A stretch of DNA of 64,000 bases from Patescibacteria group bacterium (GTDB lineage: Bacteria; Patescibacteriota; Patescibacteriia; PEXW01). The notes beneath the pieces were generated by a model, which saw only the letters and a program-made list of their open reading frames with translations, was not told the DNA's origin and ran no database searches. The position numbers were made by a program, and so were the translations under genes. This document shows, one piece after another, positions 30,321 to 38,199 of this stretch (the first letter of the stretch is position 1; every line of letters starts with the position of its first letter). Location: the NCBI GenBank assembly GCA_041665345.1, contig JBAYJA010000001.1, forward strand, positions 457,206 to 521,205, read 5' to 3'.

Positions 30321-30490
30321 TCAAAGCCCGCGTTACAGAATCAAGCATCATCCAAATCAAACCAATATTCAAAATCTTCCCCCTCCCCGCAACCCCTCTG
30401 GTTCCTTGTCATCAGTCCCTAATTCTTCCCCTCCCAATTCGTACATTCGTATTTTCGTAGTATCTTTTCGTAATTCGTAACCATTTTTCC

Positions 30491-30528
30491 GCTAACCTTA
30501 GCCCTTTTGGCTAACCTTAGCCATTTTA
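30491..30528. promoter_or_regulatory. Tandem 19-bp repeat of a palindrome, candidate operator
   Basis: GCTAACCTTAGCC(C/A)TTTT twice, ending 4 bp before the -35. Confidence 0.5.
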
Positions 30529-30532
30529 GGTA

Positions 30533-30561
30533 TTGACAGGATTGGCTATCAGGTATATACT
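30533..30561 (+). promoter_or_regulatory. Consensus sigma70 promoter heading the ORF array
   Basis: TTGACA-17 bp-TATACT. Confidence 0.85.
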
Positions 30562-30707
30562 CGTTTGTTGACTTGAAAATCCATTTACTTCTCGGTTCGC
30601 TGAAAGAGAGAGCAGCGCTCCGAACTGTATTGCTTATAGCTTACGGCTTATGGCCTAAGGCTTACCCAAAGGTGCTCTCTCGCAGAGGACCTGTTCTTTT
30701 ATATATA

Positions 30708-30854
30708 TTCTATTTCGCGACATGGAGGGGGAGCATCCGAGTGGAGCGGCATCGCGGCGGGTTTACTCGCCAAAGACGCTTAACCATTCATCGTGATGTG
30801 CGCTTCGGCGCAAAACATCACTCAGCTAATACTCCTCCAGATCAAGGAATAGAA
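30708..30854 (+). ncRNA. Multi-branch structured RNA A1 (unknown family)
   Basis: Closing stem TTCTATTT..TGGAGGGG / CTCCTCCAGATC..GAATAGAA; inner hairpins with AAA bulges and a TTCG loop. Confidence 0.55.
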
Positions 30855-30877
30855 AACAGAAAAACATCGGAGATCAA

Positions 30878-31144
30878 ATGAAAACTTTACACATTGTAAG
30901 ACGGGCCGGACACTGCATGCTTGAAACAGTGAAATGCACTGTTGGTTTGGCTGCCTTCATCGTACTTGTTGCGATGATTACCGTCATAAGCATCGTGGCC
31001 GTTTACGGGTGTTATCTGGCCTTCAGTGAAGGTGGTACCAACGTCGGCCTGGGCGTAGTCTGCACATTCGGCGTAGTGCTCTGGACTCTTGCGAGGCAAG
31101 GCTGCTTCCAGAGACGAGACCGGGATCTGACCCGGCAGTACTAA
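30878..31144 (+). CDS. Array ORF1, two-TM hypothetical protein
   Basis: SD GGAG; hydrophobic segments. Confidence 0.7.
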   Translation: MKTLHIVRRAGHCMLETVKCTVGLAAFIVLVAMITVISIVAVYGCYLAFSEGGTNVGLGVVCTFGVVLWTLARQGCFQRRDRDLTRQY

Positions 31145-31152
31145 GTAATTTC

Positions 31153-31237
31153 TGCGGAGTTGTAGTGGATCCGTCCCTACCGCTCCGCAACTCATCCCGG
31201 AAGACGACATAAGCAGAAGATCGTCGTCCGAGATGAG
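31153..31237 (+). repeat. Double-hairpin element 1 (family A)
   Basis: TGCGGAG..CTCCGCA then CTCATCCCGGA..TCCGAGATGAG. Confidence 0.7.
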
Positions 31238-31273
31238 AAGAAGAATTGAAAATGGAAAAAGAAAGAGGGAAAA

Positions 31274-31630
31274 ATGTCGGAAGAGAAAAAGCTTGAATTT
31301 ACGGTGGTTGGGTTCGCAAGTGCTATAAGTGCGCAGGAAGCACTTAGGCGCCTCAAGGACTTAGGCTACAAGATCCTGAGCGTGAAAGAGTTTCAGGAAT
31401 TTGCCAAGCAGATGGTAACGGATGGCCAAGAATGGCCGACGGTGGATCTGCAAGCGCGACTTGAGGGGACGTTGGTAGTTTCCGGCGAAACTATCGAAGG
31501 TGATGAGGAGCCATACTTTCTCACCCTGAATAGCCTTGGAGAATGGGAGAAGGAAAAAAGGGGAAAACAAGAAAACTTGTATAGACCTTACTTCGCTTGC
31601 ATTCTGCCTCAGTCTTCAAAATCTGAATAG
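31274..31630 (+). CDS. Array ORF2, hypothetical protein
   Basis: SD GAGGG after A-rich linker; 118 aa. Confidence 0.7.
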   Translation: MSEEKKLEFTVVGFASAISAQEALRRLKDLGYKILSVKEFQEFAKQMVTDGQEWPTVDLQARLEGTLVVSGETIEGDEEPYFLTLNSLGEWEKEKRGKQENLYRPYFACILPQSSKSE

Positions 31631-31643
31631 GTACCGTGGGTTC

Positions 31644-31713
31644 GCAGGATCACCCAAATAAAAATCCTGCACTCATCTTGGTTGGCTATACGAAAATAGC
31701 CACTCGGGACGAG
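31644..31713 (+). repeat. Double-hairpin element 2 (family A)
   Basis: GCAGGAT..ATCCTGC then CTCATCTTGG.TGGCTAT..ATAGCCA.TCGGGACGAG. Confidence 0.6.
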
Positions 31714-31737
31714 ACAGCACATTCCAACCATGGTTCT

Positions 31738-31921
31738 GGCAAGTATGGAGGGGGCTAAGTGTGGGCATGAAAGCTATCGCGCGGGGATTTCTCCGCAAAG
31801 ATAGACGACACGTCTTTGCGCTCCGAGGCTTCGGTCTCAAAGGAGAGCACGAGTATCCCAGGCCTACAGCTTTATAGCTTACGGCCTACGGCTACTCACC
31901 ACTTTCACCTCCAGACTTGCC
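31738..31921 (+). ncRNA. Multi-branch structured RNA A2
   Basis: GGCAAGTATGGAGG / CCTCCAGACTTGCC closing stem; AAA-bulged hairpins; CTTCGG loop. Confidence 0.55.
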
Positions 31922-31950
31922 CAAATACATGGAACGAACGTTGACAACTT

Positions 31951-32156
31951 TTTCTTTCCGACTTGGAGGGGTCACGAGCACTGCATGGACTAGCGTTACC
32001 TGGGGAGCAATCTCCGCGTAACGTCACAGTACATGCATCATGGTCAGGACTTCGGTCCACAGGCCATCTCTCATTCAGTCTTGGCTTTACCCACCTTCGC
32101 TATGAAGCTTCGGTGGGCAAGCGGCTGGGTTCGCTCGCCTCCAGATCGGAAAGAAA
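31951..32156 (+). ncRNA. Multi-branch structured RNA A3
   Basis: TTTCTTTCCGACTTGGAGG..CGAGC / GCTCGCCTCCAGATCGGAAAGAAA; three inner arms including GGAC-TTCG-GTCC. Confidence 0.6.
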
Positions 32157-32182
32157 GAAACACACTCAAAAGGAGAATAGAA

Positions 32183-32404
32183 ATGTTGCATCCAGCAGTT
32201 TTTCAAATTAGCTGCTTAGCAGCAATATGCGCCATTGTATATGGCATATTGCATATCAAATCACCCTGGAGCCTTGTAGTTGGGTTATTTTTAGGGGTTA
32301 TATCGGTGACTTCTTTGTTAATACCAACTGTCAACAATTCCCCGGCACATGTGACACTTCTAGCTTTCGTCACGGCATATGTGACGGCAGTTTGCAAAAA
32401 GTGA
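32183..32404 (+). CDS. Array ORF3, small multi-TM protein
   Basis: SD AAGGAG; 73 aa, hydrophobic. Confidence 0.7.
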   Translation: MLHPAVFQISCLAAICAIVYGILHIKSPWSLVVGLFLGVISVTSLLIPTVNNSPAHVTLLAFVTAYVTAVCKK

Positions 32405-32424
32405 TAAAAGGGAACCTTGGCTAC

Positions 32425-32487
32425 GGGTGAGTCGCATGATTCACCCCCCATCCCTGCCGTCGAGTAATGAACGACGGTGGAGATGGG
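32425..32487 (+). repeat. Double-hairpin element 3 (family B)
   Basis: GGGTGAGTC..GATTCACCC then CCCATCCCTGCCGTCG-AGTAATGAA-CGACGGTGGAGATGGG. Confidence 0.85.
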
Positions 32488-32523
32488 AAGAGAAAAAATT
32501 GCAAAACCAAAGGAGAAAATAAA

Positions 32524-33075
32524 ATGACCAAATATGTAGTGATTTGTTGTGCCATCTTAGTGTTGCTGCTGTTAGCGGCGCAGCGTCAGAATGTTGATCT
32601 CACTCCCTTTAACCGGACAGTGAATGCTCCGGTAGTTTCATACACTTTTGAGATTGACAGTTCGAAGGCGGATAAGCAGGTGATCATTACCAGCTTTAAG
32701 GCCTTGCGGTGGCCAAACGTCAAGACCTTGAGTGATACTCTCACTCAAGAAGATTTCTTTAACGTTCTCGTCATACCGAGTGGATCTAGACCGCAAATAA
32801 AATTTACTGTCTACGAAGACAGTACGTACGACATGCGGGAAGTTACGTTCTTTATCCCGTGGCCGGTGTATGATTCACTTCTGGCTGGAAGAGATATTCA
32901 CATTCACACTTTTCCTCATGACTACACCTTCAACGGTGTAGCAAACTGCGAGAGATGTGGGGAGGCCATGTGCGGTGAATTGACCAAAGATAAGGGCACT
33001 GGATGTACCTTGTCTAAGAATCATCCTGGATCTCACAAAAATGAATGGGATCCGGAAAAAGTTTCTTGGGAGTAA
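32524..33075 (+). CDS. Array ORF4, exported protein with C-terminal Cys/His cluster
   Basis: SD AAGGAG; signal-like N-terminus; CERC..C..C.L...H.G.H. Confidence 0.7.
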   Translation: MTKYVVICCAILVLLLLAAQRQNVDLTPFNRTVNAPVVSYTFEIDSSKADKQVIITSFKALRWPNVKTLSDTLTQEDFFNVLVIPSGSRPQIKFTVYEDSTYDMREVTFFIPWPVYDSLLAGRDIHIHTFPHDYTFNGVANCERCGEAMCGELTKDKGTGCTLSKNHPGSHKNEWDPEKVSWE

Positions 33076-33102
33076 TTTGCTCCCATTTGTAAGCCCCTTG
33101 AA

Positions 33103-33176
33103 GAAGGCGAGAGACTCTCCATGTCCTCGCCTTCCTATCCCTGCCGTCGAGTAATGAACGACGGTGGAGATGGGAA
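33103..33176 (+). repeat. Double-hairpin element 4 (family B)
   Basis: GGCGAGAGAC..GTCCTCGCC then family B hairpin 2. Confidence 0.85.
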
Positions 33177-33205
33177 TAGAAATTAAAACCATTGTTGGAG
33201 GAAAG

Positions 33206-33787
33206 ATGTCAAACAAAAGCATAATTTCAAACTTTCTGAGAGCTTATCGTGAAGACGCCGTTACCCTGCGCCGGGTTGGAACAAATGAAAGCTTTCGTGT
33301 CGTCTTCATTTTCAATCACGCGTTGGGCGATTACACAGACGAAAAGCTAAGCGACCCGATATCGCTCACGGAAGGCGCAAAACTTGCTGCCGACGTGCTC
33401 TGCCACAATGCCAACCATATCTGCATGATATTGGGGGGCTTTGTTCAGCACGGAATCAAGGAACCTGGTTTTTCAGAAGCGGTCAGCGCTTTGAAAAATT
33501 CCCTGAATAACCGTGGGAAAATTCATCCCATGCGCGCCGTTTGCCTCATCAAGGAGTTAATGGCGCATGAAAGGACAATTTTATGTACGCGGGATTTTGA
33601 AAAAAGCGAGACGTACAATATCTCCTTTCTCAGAAATTCCGATCTCAAGCTGACAACCGGTTGGATCTCTGACCCTCTTGACCCAGTGACGGCACGCAAG
33701 CTCGCAGATAATCCAAACTGCGAAAATCGCTGGTCAGCGATTGCCATCCTCGATTGCGGACTCTTTAAGTCCCCCAAGACCCAATAG
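33206..33787 (+). CDS. Array ORF5, hypothetical protein
   Basis: SD GGAGG; 193 aa. Confidence 0.7.
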   Translation: MSNKSIISNFLRAYREDAVTLRRVGTNESFRVVFIFNHALGDYTDEKLSDPISLTEGAKLAADVLCHNANHICMILGGFVQHGIKEPGFSEAVSALKNSLNNRGKIHPMRAVCLIKELMAHERTILCTRDFEKSETYNISFLRNSDLKLTTGWISDPLDPVTARKLADNPNCENRWSAIAILDCGLFKSPKTQ

Positions 33788-33797
33788 TACCTTGGTT

Positions 33798-33862
33798 GGG
33801 TGAACCTTTGCGCTCACCCTCCCATCCCTGCCGTCGAGCTATGAACGACGGTGGAGATGGGA
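33798..33862 (+). repeat. Double-hairpin element 5 (family B)
   Basis: GGGTGA..TCACCC then family B hairpin 2. Confidence 0.85.
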
Positions 33863-34060
33863 ACTAAATATAGACGAAAGGTAAGAAAAAAAGTTTATTT
33901 TGTTCGCAATCTCACTAATATTGCTATCTCGAGGGATAGGCGAAAATTGCAATAAACTCGCGAAGGTTTACGGCGGGTAAAAAATATCCCACCAAGCAGT
34001 GAGGTTGATGCAGGCAGAACACCTCACATGCTATCCCACCAAAAAAGTTCATTTGAACTA

Positions 34061-34143
34061 AGACAGGCGCATCACGGATATCTTCTATCCTCACCCCTGT
34101 CTTCCTCTCCAAGCCCACGTCAACACGCGGGTTTAGAGAGGAA
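34061..34143 (+). repeat. Double-hairpin element 6 (family C)
   Basis: AGACAGG..CCTGTCT then TTCCTCTCCAAGCCCACGT..ACGCGGGTTTAGAGAGGAA. Confidence 0.85.
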
Positions 34144-34180
34144 AATGAAATAATAAACACATCACATTTGGAGGTAATGG

Positions 34181-34753
34181 ATGCAGGCATTGAATACCTT
34201 TAGTAATGCGCTGAATGTTGCCGGTATAATTCGGAGACGTCGAGCCTTTAAAGCGTTAGCCCAAATGAACCGTGATTTTATGGTTCTTCGAAACAATCTT
34301 CGGTATGCAAGTGGTTACGCCGGCTGCCCTTTGGATCGGCTGGTACTGCTGTTCAAGGCCGTGTCGCCATTTTACGATCGGCTGCCGGAATTTCGTGCCC
34401 TTTTGGTTAGATTCCAGGCCGGCAATTATGATGGAAGTCTGGGCCGTCAAGTGGAAGCTATTTCCACACTCATAGCCCACTTTGGCAATTGTGGGCGCGA
34501 TCCTTACGGCATGAACCGCACGAAGCCTGGGGACGGGGTTACTGAGTACAAGGTGTATCTTGGGAATATTTACGGTTTGTTCCCCCAACCCGTCCCGACC
34601 TGGAAGGAATGCAAGAATTGGTTAAAAGGTGGTTGGGGTAGCCCAAAAATGGCGCACCTCAATGCCTATGACGTTGTGTGTGGCCAGGCGAATAGTTTCG
34701 CCAACCCGCACTTCAAGCCGATGATTGAGGCACTTGAAGTTCTGGGCGCATAA
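34181..34753 (+). CDS. Array ORF6, hypothetical protein
   Basis: SD GGAGGT; 190 aa. Confidence 0.7.
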   Translation: MQALNTFSNALNVAGIIRRRRAFKALAQMNRDFMVLRNNLRYASGYAGCPLDRLVLLFKAVSPFYDRLPEFRALLVRFQAGNYDGSLGRQVEAISTLIAHFGNCGRDPYGMNRTKPGDGVTEYKVYLGNIYGLFPQPVPTWKECKNWLKGGWGSPKMAHLNAYDVVCGQANSFANPHFKPMIEALEVLGA

Positions 34754-34775
34754 AGTCAAAATTCGCTCATTGGTT

Positions 34776-34846
34776 GGTGGGTTTACAATTCTTGTTGACC
34801 CGCCTTCCTCTCCAAGCCCACGTCTGTACGCGGGTTTAGAGAGGAA
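34776..34846 (+). repeat. Double-hairpin element 7 (family C)
   Basis: GGTGGGT..GACCCGCC then family C hairpin 2. Confidence 0.85.
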
Positions 34847-34878
34847 AAATGAAACAATAAATTTTTTGGAGGTATATC

Positions 34879-35337
34879 ATGTCGATTACAAAAATTCGTA
34901 GTCGTTGCGAAATTTTTGTCTGTCAGGCAACTGTTTCGGGAATTTACCTATCCCTCTGGGTTTTGCTGTGGGGGTTTGATGAATATCTTTCGACCTTCCA
35001 GATCTCAGCGGGTATTTACTTCTGGGTGGGAGGGGTCTTGGCGAGCGGGTTTCTCGCCCTTTCTGTTATGGGCTGGATTTCACAAAATTGGCCCGGATCC
35101 CATATTGAGCAGGTAAAAGATGGGGTCTGCTGGGGCACAAGAAGTGCATTCGGATTCATCTTTATTGGAATAGGGGCTGTATTAACTCTCATCGCCATTG
35201 GGGTGATGATCCATGCCTTCACAGCGAATATTTTGTCTGAGGACGTAGCAGCTATGGCCGCAGGGGCTCTACTCGTATTCGCAATCGCATGCATCGTTGC
35301 TTGCTTTGGCGATATGATCTTAGTGGAGCCAGTTTAA
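34879..35337 (+). CDS. Array ORF7, four-TM membrane protein
   Basis: SD GGAGGT; four hydrophobic segments. Confidence 0.72.
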   Translation: MSITKIRSRCEIFVCQATVSGIYLSLWVLLWGFDEYLSTFQISAGIYFWVGGVLASGFLALSVMGWISQNWPGSHIEQVKDGVCWGTRSAFGFIFIGIGAVLTLIAIGVMIHAFTANILSEDVAAMAAGALLVFAIACIVACFGDMILVEPV

Positions 35338-35361
35338 AAACATTAAAAGAGCTCATTGGTT

Positions 35362-35435
35362 GGTGGGTCTACAATTCTTGTTGACCCGCCTTCCTCTCCA
35401 AGTGCATGTATGGTATACGTGTGCTTAGAGAAGAA
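35362..35435 (+). repeat. Double-hairpin element 8 (family C, covarying inner stem)
   Basis: Hairpin 1 as in element 7; inner stem AAGTGCATGTA/TACGTGTGCTT replaces AAGCCCACGT/ACGCGGGTTT. Confidence 0.85.
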
Positions 35436-35464
35436 AAAACAAATTATGTTTTGAAGGAGTTTCT

Positions 35465-35698
35465 ATGTTTGAGCCAGTCGTTGTGCAAATGAGCATGCTC
35501 GTCGCATGGTACCTGACAGTTTCTAGATATTGCAGGGTAAAGGGTCTGCGATCTCTGGTGGGGTCAGCGATACTAATATTTGGCTTCATTTTCTTCAATA
35601 AGATGAATGAGGCAGAATGGTTTCTACCCTATCTCTTTATAGTCGCTGTTTACTACAACGATAAAAGAGAAAGTTGGATTAGGAATGAGATAAGCTGA
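35465..35698 (+). CDS. Array ORF8, small membrane protein
   Basis: SD AAGGAG; hydrophobic. Confidence 0.68.
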   Translation: MFEPVVVQMSMLVAWYLTVSRYCRVKGLRSLVGSAILIFGFIFFNKMNEAEWFLPYLFIVAVYYNDKRESWIRNEIS

Positions 35699-35748
35699 TC
35701 TCGCGGCGAGGTGCAGATGCATGCAGAACCGCACATTAGCGAACGAAA

Positions 35749-35859
35749 AGACAGGCACCCTGTACCATCTAGTACGGGGCAGCTGCATTACGGATATCCT
35801 CTATCCGCACGCCTGTCTTCCTCTCCAAGCCCACGTTTGTACGCGGGTTTAGAGAGGAA
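35749..35859 (+). repeat. Double-hairpin element 9 (family C)
   Basis: AGACAGGC..GCCTGTCT with an extra arm, then family C hairpin 2. Confidence 0.85.
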
Positions 35860-35878
35860 CATAGTTTCCGAAAAATGT

Positions 35879-35981
35879 GGCTGGTCCAGCAGGTGGGAGC
35901 TGGCGGATGATAGCCCGGAGCGAAGGAACGCTCGGCTTCGTGAAAACGGGGTAACAGGGATCGAAACCCTTCCAGCCTACA
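35879..35981 (+). ncRNA. tRNA-like multi-arm RNA (not a canonical tRNA)
   Basis: GGCTGG/CCAGCC acceptor-like stem, D-like CCAGC-AGGTGGGA-GCTGG, three further arms, T-like AGGG-ATCGAAA-CCCT. Confidence 0.45.
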
Positions 35982-36079
35982 AATATTGCACGTCGTGACC
36001 CCAAGCAAGCATGTAAGGCACGACACTTTCCCAGTCTTGCTTGCTAGCAGACTGAAGCGCAGATGGTTCTGCGACGTTT

Positions 36080-36148
36080 GGGCGAGATGTACCATTCCTC
36101 GCCCCTTTCCTTAAATTATCGTGAACTCCACGATGTCTTAAGGAAGGG
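36080..36148 (+). repeat. Double-hairpin element 10 (family D)
   Basis: GGGCGAG..CTCGCCC then CTTTCCTTAA..TTAAGGAAGG. Confidence 0.75.
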
Positions 36149-36172
36149 AAAATATACCTGAAGGAGTTTAGC

Positions 36173-36409
36173 ATGATTTTCTTAAAGTTTGTTCTCGTAT
36201 TGTACTTTTTATTTATTGGCCTCATACTCATTTTCCGCATTGGGAAAGTGGTCTCGCAACTTTTGCATCTCGTGAATACACTTGGATGGAGGCTGCGAAA
36301 CAAATGCTGGCTGATGAGGTCAAAGTACAGAATGTATCGCATCAAACGGTACCTTGAAAAGCATATTCGAGAGTGTGAAATTCAGATTGCTCAGCTAGAG
36401 CAACGTTAA
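36173..36409 (+). CDS. Array ORF9, single-TM basic protein
   Basis: SD AAGGAG; N-terminal TM. Confidence 0.68.
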   Translation: MIFLKFVLVLYFLFIGLILIFRIGKVVSQLLHLVNTLGWRLRNKCWLMRSKYRMYRIKRYLEKHIRECEIQIAQLEQR

Positions 36410-36437
36410 CCGCACATTTTGGTATGTACAGTATTTA

Positions 36438-36503
36438 GGGCGAATTACAAGATTCGCCCCTTTCCTCAACTTGTTCTGTGCGAACAGAACGGGTGGAGGA
36501 AAG
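36438..36503 (+). repeat. Double-hairpin element 11 (family D)
   Basis: GGGCGAAT..ATTCGCCC then CTTTCCTC..TTGTTCTGT-GCGA-ACAGAACGG..GAGGAAAG. Confidence 0.78.
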
Positions 36504-36525
36504 AAACACAGAAAGGAGAACAAAG

Positions 36526-36873
36526 ATGTATTTTGAAAGAACATTCGTACTTATGGGCGCCGTCTTGATGGCCGGGTTAGCCGTTGTTATCCTTGCGACA
36601 GCGCCTGTACAGGTAATTTTCTTGAGTACCGGCACCCCGCAGGTCATTAACGGCTACAACGCCGATTCAACCCGCGGGTTGTTCTTGGAGGTGCCCGCAA
36701 CCTTTTCTCTTACAGATTCAGCAAAAGTCTGGGTGAAGGTCGAAGCGGTGGTTCGGGAATGGGAAGAATCACACCCTGAATACCGAACTGATGGAACGGC
36801 CCCGCAGATGCGGTTTCAGACCGGACAGCGTGACACGGTGGATAGGTTGTTCTACCACCTAATTCGAAAGTAA
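36526..36873 (+). CDS. Array ORF10, TM-anchored paralog family member
   Basis: SD AAGGAG; TM then VQV..LFLEVP.FSLTDS..W. Confidence 0.72.
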   Translation: MYFERTFVLMGAVLMAGLAVVILATAPVQVIFLSTGTPQVINGYNADSTRGLFLEVPATFSLTDSAKVWVKVEAVVREWEESHPEYRTDGTAPQMRFQTGQRDTVDRLFYHLIRK

Positions 36874-36883
36874 GTAATTTCAT

Positions 36884-36947
36884 GGGCGAGTCTAGTGATT
36901 CGCCCTCCCATCTCTGCAGTCAATACAGAATGACCGTAGAGATGGGA
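36884..36947 (+). repeat. Double-hairpin element 12 (family E)
   Basis: GGGCGAGTC..GATTCGCCC then TCCCATCTCTGCAGTCA-ATACAGAA-TGACCGTAGAGATGGGA. Confidence 0.85.
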
Positions 36948-36968
36948 GAAGGAAAACAAGGAGAAAAA

Positions 36969-37319
36969 ATGTTAAGTAAAACAAATGATCGATTAACGAC
37001 CATTCTTGTGTACCTACTGGTCGGGATTTGTGCGATCACTGTTCCGGAGTATTTCAAATCGGACGTGCGAATTGTTGCGTTTGGTGGTCCCACAACGTAT
37101 GGGCATGATCATACGTCGAATGAGATGGTCCTTGAGGTTCCGGTTGATCTTCGCCAGTGCAGTGAAAAATCAGCGATTCCTACGATTTGCAATCTCATTC
37201 GTGAACGGGAATCACAAGAGGTTCGAGGTAATCTCATCCTCGGCGATTTTGTTGGATTACAACCGTACGGTTCGTTTGAGGGGTTAGCAAAAGCAGTCTT
37301 CAAGCTCGTACAACGATAA
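36969..37319 (+). CDS. Array ORF11, TM-anchored protein, divergent paralog family member
   Basis: SD AAGGAG; TM then VRIV..TTYG..MVLEVPV. Confidence 0.7.
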   Translation: MLSKTNDRLTTILVYLLVGICAITVPEYFKSDVRIVAFGGPTTYGHDHTSNEMVLEVPVDLRQCSEKSAIPTICNLIRERESQEVRGNLILGDFVGLQPYGSFEGLAKAVFKLVQR

Positions 37320-37346
37320 CTGCACTCTGACTCAGAGTACATTTTC

Positions 37347-37410
37347 GGGCAAACCTATGTGTTTGCCCTCCCATCCTTGCGGTCAATACAGAATGACCGC
37401 GGAGATGGGA
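37347..37410 (+). repeat. Double-hairpin element 13 (family E)
   Basis: GGGCAAAC..GTTTGCCC then family E hairpin 2. Confidence 0.85.
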
Positions 37411-37435
37411 AAGAAGTTAAAAAATGGAGTAAGAA

Positions 37436-37612
37436 ATGAAAAAATTTGTCTCAATTTTTACCATCGCGGGGACAGGCGTCCTCTCCTTCCTTTTCATGAG
37501 TTGGGTTTTGAAAGAAGTGAAACCCGATGTGTCAATTGGTTGGGTTGTCATGATCAGTGTGCTGACCATACTCGGCGGGTGGTTAGTAGAAAAAAAATGC
37601 CGCAGAATATAG
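37436..37612 (+). CDS. Array ORF12, 58-aa two-TM protein (absent from ORF track)
   Basis: SD GGAG; MKKFVSIFTIAGTGVLSFLFMSW...EKKCRRI*. Confidence 0.68.
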   Translation: MKKFVSIFTIAGTGVLSFLFMSWVLKEVKPDVSIGWVVMISVLTILGGWLVEKKCRRI

Positions 37613-37623
37613 CACATATGAAC

Positions 37624-37692
37624 GGCGAGAGACTCTCCTAGTCCTCGCCCTCCCATCCCCGCGGTCAATGCAGAATGACCGTGGAGATGGGA
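37624..37692 (+). repeat. Double-hairpin element 14 (family E)
   Basis: Hairpin 1 nearly identical to that of element 4; family E hairpin 2. Confidence 0.85.
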
Positions 37693-37725
37693 AAACGAAA
37701 AAACTAATAAGGAGTTAGGAGTATC

Positions 37726-38094
37726 ATGACGAATCAGAATGAATTCAAAACGCCCATCCAATTAGTTCTCGGGGTTGGCGACAAGAAGCACCAAGGACTT
37801 CTCTTGGTGTTTGAAGATTTTCTCAAAGGTCCTGAGATAAGCATGGAGCAAATCACAGCTCCCGCCATCACGGGATCGATACCAGAACTGTCGGTCCAGC
37901 ACATCACCGTATGGTTTGATGGAAAGGATGTCGACAAGTTGCACTTCACGAATCAGGAAAGCTGCATCGTGTGGAACCATTCCTACCTGGACGGAAAGCC
38001 GCAAAGCTTCTTTTTGGAAGCTACGCCGGGTAAAATTCTCCGTGCGGTAAAGGCCATCTTCATCAAGCGGATGGTATCCTGGATGCAGGAATAA
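37726..38094 (+). CDS. Array ORF13, hypothetical protein
   Basis: SD AGGAG; 122 aa. Confidence 0.7.
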   Translation: MTNQNEFKTPIQLVLGVGDKKHQGLLLVFEDFLKGPEISMEQITAPAITGSIPELSVQHITVWFDGKDVDKLHFTNQESCIVWNHSYLDGKPQSFFLEATPGKILRAVKAIFIKRMVSWMQE

Positions 38095-38112
38095 TAGCTT
38101 TGTCCTTTGGCT

Positions 38113-38173
38113 GGGCGAACTCTGTTCGCCCTCCCATCCCTGTGGTCAATGCAGAATGACCGTGGAGATGGGA
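38113..38173 (+). repeat. Double-hairpin element 15 (family E)
   Basis: GGGCGAAC-TCT-GTTCGCCC then family E hairpin 2. Confidence 0.85.
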
Positions 38174-38199
38174 AAACGAAAAACTAAGGAGCTTGAATA

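Noticed and set aside
30438-30480. TTCGTA low-complexity repeats
   Set aside because: Short degenerate intergenic tract without evidence of function
30573-30881. ORF-track call of 102 aa, and likewise 31963-32211 and 35711-35998
   Set aside because: They run through strongly base-paired regions, lack an SD and are better explained as structured RNA
35900-35970. Hammerhead ribozyme
   Set aside because: Has CGGATGA rather than the CTGATGA core, and the stem arrangement does not fit
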